From NCBI RefSeq assembly GCF_020745735.1, contig NC_083422.1:39184134-39248000 (forward strand): a stretch of DNA of 63,867 nucleotides, in the 5' to 3' direction. The notes under the pieces were generated by a model, which was given only the letters and a program-made list of their open reading frames with translations, did not search any database and was not told the origin of the DNA. A program made the position numbers and the translations under genes. Source of the DNA: Hemiscyllium ocellatum (Eukaryota). Shown piece by piece: positions 25,073 through 36,577 of the stretch. The stretch's first letter is position 1. Each line of letters starts with the position of its first letter.

Positions 25073-26295
25073 AGAATGTGGCAGGTGGGAGATATGGCAC
25101 ACGTCTCCGCTGGCTACATCTGCGGGAAGTGCACCCAACTCCAGCTCCTTGAAAACCGTGTTAGGGATTTGGAGCTGGAGCTGGATGAACTATGGATCAT
25201 TCGGGAGGCTGAGGGGGTAATTGAGAGGAGTTACCGGGAGTTGGTCACTCCCAAGGCTCAGGACAAGGATAGATGGGTTACAGTTAGGGGGAGGAAAGGG
25301 GACAGACAGGCAGTGCAGATTTCCCCTGTGGACATTCCCCTCAGCAATAAGTATACCGTTTTGGATACTGCTGGGGGGGATGACCTACCAGAAGAAAGCC
25401 ATATCAGTCAGTTCTCTGGCACTGAGCCTGACACTCTGGCAAAGAAGGGAAGGGGGCAGAATAGAAAAGTACTCGTGGTAGGGGACTCGATAGTTAGGGG
25501 AATCAACAGGAGATTTTGTGGTCAGGATCAGGAGTCCCAGAAGATTTGTTGCCTCCCTGGTGCCAAGGTCCGGGACGTCTCCGATCGGGTGTATAAGGTT
25601 AGTTTAGATTAGATTACTTACAATGTAGAAACAGGCCCTTCGGCCCAACAAGCCCGCACTAACCCGCTGAAACGCAACCCACCCATACCCATACATTTAC
25701 CCCTTATCTAACACTACGGGCAATTTAGCATGGCCAATTCACCTGACCCGCACATCGTTGGACTGTGGGAGGAAACCGGAGCACCCGGAGGAAACCCACG
25801 CAGACACGGGAAGAATATGCAAACTCCACACAGTCAGTCACCTGAGTCGGGAATTGAACCCGGGTCTCTGGCGCTGTGAGGCAGCAGTGCTAACCACTGT
25901 GCCACCGTGCCGCCCACAAAGGGTTCTAACAGGGCGAACAGCCAGAAATCATGTTATATATTGGCACTAATGATATAGCCAGGAAAAGGATCGAGGATAT
26001 AAAAAGTGATTTCAGGAAGTTAGAATGGAAGCTGCAAAGCAGGACGAACAGAGTAGTGTTCTCTAGTTTACTACCAGTGCCACGAGATAGCGAGGTGAGG
26101 AACAGGGAGCGGGTGCAGCTTAACAGGTGGCTGCTCGGCTGGTGTAGGAGGGAGGGCTTCGGATATGTAGATAATTGGGATGCTTTCTGGGGAAGGTGGG
26201 ACCTATACAAGAAGGATGGGTTGCATCTGAACTGGAAGGGGACCCATGTCCTGGGTGGAAGGTTTGCTCGAGTAGTTCGAGAGGGTTTAAACTAG
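25073..26295 (+). pseudogene. CR1 ORF1 (C-x2-C zinc finger, leucine-rich segment, SGNH/GDSL esterase), split by a SINE
   Basis: YICGKC, VVGDSIVR (block I), IGTND (block III), DGLHLN (block V) across ORFs 25046-25612 and 25951-26295. Confidence 0.88.
25601..25917 (-). mobile_element. Young HE1-like SINE inserted in CR1 ORF1
   Basis: CpG-rich intact head GTGGGCGGCACGGTGGCACAGTGGTTAG, B box GGTTCAATTCC, AATCT tail; the LINE resumes on both sides (TATAAGGTT | GGTTCTAA). Confidence 0.9.
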
Positions 26296-29176
26296 TATGG
26301 CAGGGGGGTGGGAACCTGAGCTGTATACCGGAGGTGAGAGTTGATGCAGATGAGGCAATAGCAAGAGGTAGACCAGCTAATGGGAAGGATTTTCCTGGGA
26401 AGGAACCAAGGGATCAGTTAAAGTGTATTTGCTTTAACGCAAGGAGTATCAGGAATAAAAGTGATAAACTTAGAGCATGGATCAGTACCTGGTGCTATGA
26501 TGTTGTGGCCATAACGGAGACATGGGTTTCTCAGGGGCAGGAATGGTTGCTGGATGTTCCAGGGTTTAGAGCATTCAAAAAGAATAGGGAGGGGGAAAAA
26601 AGAGGAGGGGGTGTAGCACTACTAATCAGAGAGGGTATCACAGCTACAGAAGCTTCCATTGTAGAGAAATACCTGCCCACCGAGTCAGTATGGGTGGAAA
26701 TTAGGAACAGCAGGGGAGCAGTCACCTCATTAGGGGTTTACTACAGGCCCCCCAATAGCAGTAGGGAGACTGAAGAAAGCATAGGTTGGCAGATTTTGGA
26801 AAAGTGTGGACGTAAAAGGGTTGTTGTAATGGGTGACTTTAACTTTCCCAAGATTGATTGGAATCTCCTTCGAGCAGAAGATTTGAATGGAGCTGTTTTG
26901 TAAGGTGTGTTCAGGAGGTTTTCCTAACTCAGTACGTTGACAGGCCGACGAGGGGAGAGGCCATTCTAGACTTGGTGCTCGGAAACAAGCCGGGGCAGGT
27001 ATCAGATCTTGTGGCGGGAGTGCATTTTGGTGATAGTGACCACAACTGCCTCACATTCCACATAGCTATGGAGAAGGAGAAGATTAGGCAAAATGGGAGG
27101 ATATTTAATTGGGGAAGAGGAAACTATGATGCGATTATGAGTTAGGAAGCATGGATTGGGAGCAATTGTTCCATGGTAAAGGCACTATAGACATGTGGAG
27201 ACTGTTTAAGGAACAGTTGTTGCAAGTGATGAATAAATATGTCCCTCTGAGACAGGCAAGAAGGGGTAAGCTGAAAGAACCTTGGATGACGAGAGCGGTG
27301 GAGCTTCTCGTCAAAAGGAAAAAGGTGGCTTACATAAGGTGGAGGAAGCTAGGGTCAAGCTCAGCTCTAGAAGATTACAGGCAGGCGAGGAAGGAGCTCA
27401 AAAATGGTCTGAGGAGAGCCAGGAGGAGGCACGAGAAAGGCTTGGCAGAACGGATTAGGGAGAACACAAAGGCATTTTACACTTATGTGAGGAATAAAAG
27501 AATGGTCAAAGAAAGAGTAGGGCCGATCAGGGAGAGCATAGGGAATGTGTGTGTGGAGTCTGAGGAGGTAGGGGAAGCCCTAAATGAGTTTTTTGCTTCT
27601 ATCTTTACGAAAGAAACTAACTTTGTAGTGAATGAAACCTTTGAAGAGCAGGTGTGCATGCTGGAATGGATAGAGATAGAGGAAGCTGATGTGCTGAAAA
27701 TTTTGTCAAACATTAAGATTGACAAGTCACCAGGCCTGGACCAGATTTGTCCTCGGCTGCTTTGGGAAACAAGAAATGTAATTGCTTCGCCACTTGTGAA
27801 GATCTTTGCATCCTCGCTCTCCACTGGAGTCGTACCTGAGGACCGGAGAGAGGCAAATGTAATTCCTCTCTTCAAGAAAGGAAATAGGGAAATCCCTGGC
27901 AATTACAGACCGCTAAGTCTCAGGTCTGTCGTCTGCAAGATGTTAGAAAGGATTCTGAGGGATGGGATTCATGACCATCTGGAAGAGCATAGCTTGATTA
28001 AATGCAGTCAACACAGCTTTGAGAGGAGCAGGTCATGCCTCACAAACCTTATCGAGTTTTTTGAGGATGTGACTAGAAAAGTTGATGAGGGTCGAGCTGT
28101 GGATGTGATGTATATGGAGTTCAGCAAGGCATTTGATAAGGTTCCCCATGGTAAGCTCATTCAGAAGGTCAAGAGGAATGGGATACAGGGGAACATAGCT
28201 GTCTGGATACAGAATTGGCTGGCCAACAGAGGACAGCGAGTGGTAGTAGAAGGAAAATATTCTGCCTGGAAGTCTGTGGTGAGTGGTGTTCCACAGGGCT
28301 CTGTCCTTGGGCCTCTACTGTTTGTAATTTTTATTAATGACTTAGATGAGGGGATTGAAGGATGGCTCAGCAAGTTTGCAGTCGACACAAAGGTTGGAGG
28401 TGTCGTTGACAGTATAGAGGGCTGTTGTAGGCTGCAGCGGGACATTGACAAGATGCAGAGATGGGCTGAGAGGTGGCAGATGGAGTTCAACCTGGATAAT
28501 TGCGAGGTGATGCATTTTGGAAGGTCGAATTTGAAAGCTGAGTACAGGATTAATGATAGGATTCTTGGCAGTGGGGAGGAACAAAGGGATCTTGGTGTGC
28601 AGGTACATAGATCCCTTAAAATGGCCACCCAAGTGGACAGGGTTGTTAAAGCATATGGAGTTTTGGCTTTCATTAACAGGGGGATTGAGTTTAAGAATCG
28701 TGAGATCTTGTTGCAGCTCAATAAAACTTTGATTAGACCGCACTTGGAATACTGCATTCAGTTCTGGTTGCCCTATTATAGGAAAGATGTGGATGCTTTG
28801 GAGAGGGTTCAGAGGAGGTTTACCAGGATGCTGCCTGCACTGGAGGGCTTATCTTATGAAGAGAGGTTGACTGAGCTCGGACTTTTTTCATTGGAGAAAA
28901 GGGGGGAGGAGAGGGGACCTAATTGAGGTATACAAGATAATGAGAGGCATAGATAGAGTCGATAGCCAGAGACTATTTCCCAGGGCAGAAATGGCTAACA
29001 CGAGGGGTCGTAGTTTTAAGCTGGTTGGAGGAAAGTATAAAGGGGATGTCAGAGGCGGGTTCTTTACACAGAGAGTTGTGAGAGTATGGAATGCGTTGCC
29101 AGCAGCAGTTGTGGAAGCAAGGTCATTGGGGACATTTAAGAGACTACTGGACATGCATATGGTCACAGAAATCTGA
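26290..29176 (+). pseudogene. CR1 ORF2 (APE endonuclease plus reverse transcriptase), frameshifted
   Basis: NARSI, AITETW, GDFNFP, SDH endonuclease motifs; GNYRP, KAFD, GVPQGSVLGP and FAVD (mutated FADD) RT motifs; ORF-track pieces 26175-26903, 26858-27145, 27151-28926, 28940-29176. Confidence 0.92.
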
Positions 29177-29339
29177 GGGTGCATACATGAGCATCAGTGG
29201 TCGGCACAACATCGTGGGCTGAAGGGCCTGTTCTGTGCTGTACTGTTCTATGTTCTAACTGTATTTTAGATATAAATTGCTCTGAAGGAAATGCAACTTT
29301 CTGTTATGATAAATCTAACTTGTGAGGCAAAATATAAAA

Positions 29340-29469
29340 GGTTCCTGAAGAAGGGCTTATGCCCGAAACGTCGAAAAAATTCCTGAAGAAGGGCTTATGC
29401 CCGAAACGTCGAATCTCCTGTTCCTTGGATACTGCCTGATCTGCTGCGCTTTTCCAGCAACACATTTTC
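29340..29469 (+). mobile_element. Fold-back family single-arm copy with tandemly duplicated core, 15 bp TSD
   Basis: AGGCAAAATATAAAA at 29325-29339 and 29470-29484; body matches the right arm of 6839-7059. Confidence 0.85.
29342..29414 (+). ncRNA. Putative tandem pair of minimal type I hammerhead ribozymes
   Basis: Two units (38 bp period): TTC-CTGAAGA-A-GGGC(TTAT)GCCC-GAAA-CGTC-GAA; CUGANGA and GAAA cores, stem II hairpin, palindromic ACGU stem III, stem I (A)UUC/GAA(U), GUC cleavage triplet. Activity not shown. Confidence 0.65.
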
Positions 29470-29729
29470 AGGCAAAATATAAAACTCGATTACAGATATT
29501 TATTATCGCAACTGAAATATTGAGAAAAGAATTGTGGTTTAAAGTTTAGCTGTGCTGTGTCGCATTATTTTCAGAACCAATTTTGTTTTCACTGGTGGCA
29601 AAGAGAAACTTATAAGATGAGAATAATCTTTAAATGATAGTTGTGTTTTAGCTTTTACACCTTTTTAATGTACAGCAATGAAACAATGGTTACATCAGTG
29701 AGCAGTATGTGAATGTGTTTTGTTCTTTT

Positions 29730-31135
29730 AGCCTCTGGGTCATCAGACCCACAGTGATGTGGTTGACTGTTGACTGCCCTGTGAAACGGCCTAGCAAGCT
29801 ACTTTGTCGTATCAATCGCTAAACTCGCAACAAAGAAATAAAACTAGACCGACTGCTTGGCATAAACCAAGGCACTGACAAGTGAGAAAACAGCCCTGTT
29901 GACCAGGCAAAGACCTTCTTACCAATATCTGGGCATCAGGGCCAAAATTGGGAGAGCTGTTCACAAACTAGTCAAGCAACAGCCTGACATTGTCTGTAAG
30001 GTATGATTCTGTGAGTATGTGCCAGACAACACCATCATCATCCCTGGATATGTTCTGTCCCACCGGTAAGAGAGATCCAGCAGAGGTGGCAAAACAGTGG
30101 TATACAGTCAGGAATGAGATGCCCTGGAACTCCTCAGCCATTGATAGCAGATCCCATGAAGTCTCATGGCTTCAGGTTAAACATGAGCAAGGAAGTCTCT
30201 TGCTGATTGCCATTAACCTCTTTCCATCGGCCGATGAATCAGTATTTCTCCATGTTGAGCAACACTTGGAGGAAGCACTGAGGGTGGCAAGGTTGCAAAA
30301 TGTATTCCAGATGGGTAATTTCAATGTTTACCATCAAGATTAGATTGGCAGCATTATTACTGATTAAGCTGATTGGTCCTAAAGGGCATAGCTACTAGAC
30401 TGGGTCTGCAGCTGACGGTGAGGGAACCAACAAGAAGGAAAAACACACTTGACCTCGTCCATACCAATCTGCTGGCTGCAGGTGCACCTGTCCTTGTGAG
30501 TGTTGATCAGAGTGACCACTGGACAGTCTTTGTGGAAACAAAGTCCTGTCTTCACATTGAGAATAACCTCCGCTGTGTTGTGTGGCACTAGCACCATACT
30601 AAATGGGACAGATTTTGAACAGATCTAACAACTCAATTGGGCATCCATGAGGTGCTGTGGGCCATCAACAGCAGCAGAATTGTACTCTAGCACAATCTGT
30701 AACCTCATGGTCCAGCATATCCCCTACTCAACCATCACCATCAAGCCAGGGGATCAACCCTGGTTCAATGGTGAGTGCAGGAGAGCATGCCAGGAGCAGC
30801 ATTATGCAAACCTGAAAATGAGGTGCCAACAGGCTGAAGCTGTCAAGCAGGGCTTTTTGTATGCCAAACAGCATAAGCAGTAATGATAGACAGAGCTAAG
30901 TGATACCACAACAAATGGATCAGATCTAAGCTCCGCAGTCCTGCCACATTCAGTTGTGAATAGTGGTGAATAACTGAAAAACTCAGTGGAGGAGGAGGCT
31001 CCACAAATATCCCCATCAATGGTGGAAGAGCCCATCAGTGCAAAAGATAAGGCTGAAACATTCACAGTAATCTTCAACTAGAAGTGCCGAGTGGATGATT
31101 TAACCCGGCCTCCTCTCGTGGTCCCCAATATTACA
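29730..31135 (+). mobile_element. Degraded CR1/L2-group LINE, endonuclease region (different family from 25073-29257)
   Basis: MGNFNVYHQD, REPTRRKNTLDLV, QSDHWTV and QPWFNGECRRA motifs across broken ORFs. Confidence 0.75.
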
Positions 31136-31761
31136 GTTTTTGGCTTTTGGTGATACAGGGCAGATTTCATGAAGAGCAAGGAGTTGGTTGGACGATATTC
31201 CACACTCAACCAATACCACCTCAATGCAGACTAAATTATTTATTTACCCTCTGTTGGAGCAATCTTCTTCTTATCTTGGTTCCTACTGGATCTTGAAAAG
31301 TAATTCATCTTGTAAAGTGTGTTAAGTACAATAAAATTGTACAGAAGTACAAAATTATAATTTATCCCTTGTATGACATAGACATCTAATCGTCAGCAGA
31401 TTCACAGTGTTAAAGAACAATCCTTAAAATAGTAATACTGTACTGTTAAGGCTGTTACCTGATATGAAGCTTTGTTTGTAGAGAGGATTTTATAACACGA
31501 CGGTGTTTGTAAAATGGGTTTATTTTCTTTGGAGTTTACAAAACACAAATGATCTATTCAAAATCTTCTAAACTCTTACAGCATTTGACTGGGTAAGTAC
31601 TGAGACTGTGCTTCCTTGACCGACTCTCAGGATAAATAGTTTACCATTTAGAATTTGGGGAGAAATTTCAAAAGCAGTGGCTTTTTTAAAGATTAGATTT
31701 ATATATTTTTGTTACACATACTGAACTGTGAAAGTACAGAAATGCCATGAAAAATGTATAA

Positions 31762-32103
31762 TCGAGTTTCTACAGTTTGGAAGCAGGCCATTCAGCCCAT
31801 CATAACCACATTTACCCTCCAAAGAACATCCTACCCAGACGCAACCCCTACCCTACTCCTGCATTTCCCATGGCTAATCCATCCAGGGGTACAAATGCCT
31901 GGACACTGTGGATGATTTAGAATGGCCAGTCTACCTAACCACATCTTTGGACTGTGGGAGGACATCAGAGCACCCACATGAAACCCAAACAGACATGGGA
32001 AGAATGTGCAAACTCCACACAGTCAGTCACCTGAGGGTGGAATGGAACCTAGATCCCTGGTGCTGCGAGGTCGCAGTGCTAACCATTGAGCCACTGTGCT
32101 GTG
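31762..32103 (-). mobile_element. HE1-like SINE
   Basis: Reverse-complement head, core and tail as in the other copies. Confidence 0.8.
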
Positions 32104-32974
32104 CTTCAGCCACTGTGCACACACATGGTGACATCTTAGGTACAAAAGTACCTAGGTACAAAAAAACTTAGGTACATTGTAAAATAATCTTATAAAAGTT
32201 AACTGTTACCTTCATAGAATAAGTAGAAAAATAAGACAGGTGTTGATGATTAGTCATTGAATGTACACAAAAATGAAACTGAAGAACATTTGGACATTGA
32301 AGGTTCAAGGAACATGGGCATTGGCCAGTCTCTTCAGCTAGCATATCAACCATGATCTTATTGTATAATTGCACAGCATTGTGGGGCTACTCCTTCCATT
32401 TCTGGTATCATATCTGTTAAAATTGCATTTCCTAAGGTAGAATCATATTTGAATGATTGTTTCCCATTATGTTAAGATTAAAGAGATATAAATTCATAAT
32501 TTCTACCATTTTATGATGGACTTGATAGATGACCCAATACTTATCTGTAGAATATAACCAGTTAAAAAATCCATGATTGAACCAAATCCAGTACAAAGTA
32601 GACTAAAAGTATCACATTATTATCCCTCACCTTTTGACTGTTCTACAGCCACGAAATATGAGTATTTGATGTCGAGCTACTTTAAGTAATTGTAGGTATG
32701 ACAAGATAGCATCATAAGTTCAAACTTTTAGAAAATCACTAAAGCTCTACTCTGCCATGTATGTCAATCGCCGGGATTGTTTGAATAAGAGTGTAATCAA
32801 AAAAGTATAAAGTACTTCACAGTTTTAAGAGAGGCGAGTAGGAGACTTTGTATTACCTGCCAAAATTCTTGCATGTTCAAAAGCTATGCCAGCTATATCC
32901 ATGTGGGATTGTGAGGGAACAAAGGTTACATGAGCATTAAACATTGGCTAAGTTTTGCAGTTGCAGTGATAGTT

Positions 32975-33840
32975 TAAGAATATAAGAAAATAGGAGCAGG
33001 AGTCGGCCATCTGGCCCACCTTGCCTGCTTTGTCATTCAATAAGATCATGGCTAATCTTTTCATTGATTCAGCTCCACTTACCAGCCCACTCATCATAAC
33101 CTTTAATTCTTTTACTGTTCAAAAATCTACTTTTGTCCTAAAAACATTCAACGAGGTAGCCTCAACTGCTTCACTGGTCAGGAAGTTCCCCTGATTCACA
33201 ACCCTTTGGGTGAAGAAGTTCCTTCTCAAATCAGCCCTAAATCTACACCCCCTTGTTTTGAGGTTCTGCCCCCTAGTTTTAGTTTCATCTGCCATTGGAA
33301 ACAACCTCCCTGCTTCTGTCTTTTCTATTGCCTTCATAATCGTATATGCTTCTGTAAGATCCTTTTTCATTCTTCTCAATTCCAATGAATGCAGCCCCAG
33401 TTTACTCACTCTCTCTTTATAAAGCAACCTTCTCAATTTTGGAATCAACCTAGTGAACTTCTGCACCCTGTACAGCATCAATCTCAAATAAGGAGACCAA
33501 AGCTGTACATAGTTATGTAGATGGGGCCTCACAAGCATTAGATACAGCTGCATCATAGCATCACTATTTTTAAACATCATCCCTTTAGTAATGAAGAATA
33601 ATATTCTTAGTTGCCTGCTTCACCTGCAAACCAACATTTTGCGATACATGCACAAGAATACCCAGGGCTCTCTGCACAGCAGCTTACTGCAATTTTAAAT
33701 AATAGTCCATTTTGCTGTAATTCCTACCAAAATGGATAATCTCACACTTCCCAGCATTGTACTCCATCTGCCAGACCCTTGCCCACTCACTTAACCTGTC
33801 TATGTCCCTCTACAGACTTCCAGTGTCACCTGCACACTGA
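32975..33840 (-). mobile_element. CR1 LINE 3' fragment
   Basis: ORF 33119-33580: LVRPHL, WSPYLR, NFFTQRVVN; TTCTTAT-like tail near 32980. Confidence 0.85.
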
Positions 33841-34456
33841 AATTGTCAAACCATGACTATCAATAGGCTGTGAAATTGAGACCAAAGTCTGGAGGCCACA
33901 TATGTACAGTTGGATGTGGAAATCCATATGTTGCTGTCAGTGATTCCCTGCTCTTCCAAAGATTGCACTATAGAGCTCTCTACAGAAGGCAATCTTATGA
34001 AATGACTGAGCTGAGTGGTATCCCCGCATATACACCAAAAAATAAGCTGCACCATGTTATGAACATTATACAGAACAATATGGCACAGGAACAGGCCCTT
34101 TGACCCACCACATCTGTGCCAAATGTGATACTATTCTAAACTACACCATCTGGCTGCAAATAGTCCCTAACCATCCATACCCTACTTGTCCATGCATCTG
34201 TCTAAATATCTCTTAAACATTGCTATCATATCTGCTTTCACCACCTACCCTGGCAGTACGTTCCAGGCACCTAAGACGCCCTATGTTAAAAAAATACTTG
34301 CGTCGCACACCTCTTTTAAATTTAAACGTCCAGTATTTCAGATATATAATTTTTGCTGGTTTATTGAAACTTACGATTCATAAGGGGCCAGTTAAAACAA
34401 AGTTTGCTACTCCAAATGTGGCCTACCTAAAGTATTATGCAGCTGCAACATGACTT

Positions 34457-34596
34457 GGAGAAAGTGAGGACTGCAGATGCTGGAGATCAGAGTCAAAAAG
34501 TGTGGTGCTGGAAAAGCACAGCAGGTCAGGCAGCATCTCCTGGTCCTCAGATGCTGCCTGTCCAGCTGTGCTTTTCCAGCACCACACTTTTTGACT
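34457..34596. mobile_element. Short fold-back element with central core deleted, 14 bp TSD
   Basis: Arms AGTCAAAAAGTGTGGTGCTGGAAAAGCACAGC / GCTGTGCTTTTCCAGCACCACACTTTTTGACT; CTGCAACATGACTT at 34443-34456 and 34597-34610. Confidence 0.85.
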
Positions 34597-34782
34597 CTGC
34601 AACATGACTTGCCAACTTTTATATTCAGTACTCTGACTGATGAAGGCAAGCATGCTATGTATCATCTTCAGCACTTTCTTCACTTGTGTTGCCACTTTCA
34701 GGATGGACTTGTACGCCAAGATCCCTATGTATGCTCTTAAGGGTCCTGCCATTTACTGTATATTTTCCTCTTGCATTTGTAA

Positions 34783-35222
34783 AGTCATGGAGCTGTACAG
34801 CATGGAAACAAACCCATCAGTCAAATATGTGCATGCCGACCAGATATCCTAAGTCAATCTAATCCCATTTGCCAGCACTTGATCCCAGATCCCTCTAAAC
34901 CCTTCCTAATCATATACCCATCCAGATGCCTTTTAAATGTTGTAATTGTACCAGCCTCTGCTACCTCCTCTGGCAGCTCATTCCATACACACACCACCCT
35001 CTGTGTGAAAAAGTTGCCACTGAGGTCTCTTTTAAATCTTTCCCCTCTCACCTGATACCCATACCCTCGAGTTTTGGACTCCCCCACTCTGGGGAAAAGA
35101 CCTGGTGTATTCACCCTATCCATGACCCTCATGATTTTATAAACCTTTATAAGGTCACCCCTCAGCCTCTGACACTCCAGGGAAAATAGCCCCAGCCTAT
35201 TCAGTCTGTCCCTATAGCTTAA
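34783..35222 (-). mobile_element. Younger CR1 3' end nested in older CR1
   Basis: ORF 34854-35231: LSYRDRLNRLGLFSLE..RLRGDLI..NFFTQRVV. Confidence 0.8.
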
Positions 35223-35397
35223 GTGCATCACCTCATATGTCCAGATGAAACTCCATCAACCATTTCTCCACCCAACTTTCCAAATGATCTATATCCTGCT
35301 GTATCCTTTGACAATTTTCCTCATTATCCACAACTCCATCAATTTTTGTGTCATCTGCAAATTTACTAATCACACCACTAACATTTCCATCCAAATC

Positions 35398-35452
<55 letters not shown>
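35398..35452. repeat. Compound microsatellite (TA)n(GA)n
   Basis: Read directly. Confidence 0.95.
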
Positions 35453-35455
<3 letters not shown>

Positions 35456-36293
35456 CAGCACTGATTCGTGCAGAACACCACTGGACTCAGACCTCCAATC
35501 AGAAAAGCATGTCTTCTTTCCTGCCCTCTGTGTTCTATGACAAAACCAACTTATCAACTCATTGTGGTCTCATGTGAGTTAATGTTCTAGACTAGCCCAG
35601 CATGAGTGAACTTGTCACATGCCTTAGTATAATCCATGTAGACACCATCCAATGTTCTACCTTCATCAATCATCACTTCCTCAAAAAACTCAAGCAAATT
35701 TGTGAAACAAGACTCTAGTGAGTTCATTCTTTTCTAAACGTGAGCAAATCCTGCCCCTAAAAATCTTCTCCAGTCCGTTCCCTGCCACTGATATAAGGCT
35801 CACAGGCCTAAAACTTCCTGGATTGTCACTGTCACCCTTCTTAAGTAAAAGCACAACTTTGACTATGCTCAAGCCTGTGGCTAAAGACGGTACAAAAATC
35901 TCTGTCAAGGCCCCAGCAATCTCCTCCCTTATTTTCTGTCAATATCCTGTGATAGATCCCATCAGGCCTTGGGGACTTAGCTACCTTAATGTTTTTCAAG
36001 ACACCCACCTCCCTAATATTGACATACCCTAGAATGTCAAAATACCCCTCCGTAATCTTGCCATCATCCACGTCCTTCTCCTTAATGAATATCATTGTGA
36101 AGTATGCATTAAGGACCTCACCCACTTTCTCTGGCTACGTGCTTAGATTCCCTCCTTTATCCTTGAGTGTACTTACCCTTTCCATAGTTACCCTCTTGCT
36201 CCTAATATACGCATAAAACATCTTGCAATTTTCCTTAATCCAACTTGCCCAGGACATTTTAGCCTTCCTAATTCCTTGTTTAAGTTCTTTCCT

Positions 36294-36531
36294 AATAAAA
36301 GCAAATTACTGCGGATGCTGGAATCTGAAACCAAAAGAGAAAATGCTGGTAAATCTCAGCAAGTCTGCCAGCATCTGTAAGGAGGGAAAAGAGCTGATAT
36401 TTTGAGTCTAACTGACCCTTTGTCAAAGATGGTCAGACAAAGGGTCAGTTAGACTTGAAACGTCAGCTCTTTTCTCTCTTTACGGATGCTGACAGACCTG
36501 CTGAGATTTTCCAGCATTTTCTCTTTTGGTT
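36294..36531. mobile_element. Fold-back element, second subfamily, about 13-16 bp TSD
   Basis: About 100 bp imperfect inverted arms around TTTGTC..GACAAA; GTTTAAGTTCTTTCCT (36278-36293) versus GTTTAAGATCTTTCCT (36529-36544). Confidence 0.8.
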
Positions 36532-36577
36532 TAAGATCTTTCCTGCTTCCTTTGTATTCCTTGAGGGCCCGTGTCTG

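Larger units (their letters stand above)
25073..29257 (+). mobile_element. Near full-length CR1 (HER1-type) LINE, inactivated
   Basis: ORF1 with zinc-finger/leucine-rich and SGNH esterase motifs, ORF2 APE endonuclease plus RT in four broken frames, TGTTCTA-repeat 3' tail. Confidence 0.95.

Noticed and set aside
27483-28757. Long antisense ORFs (139, 198 and 133 aa)
   Set aside because: Shadow frames opposite the CR1 RT; no independent motifs
29342-29414. CRISPR-like repeat-spacer array
   Set aside because: Only two adjacent units, no unique spacers, eukaryotic context
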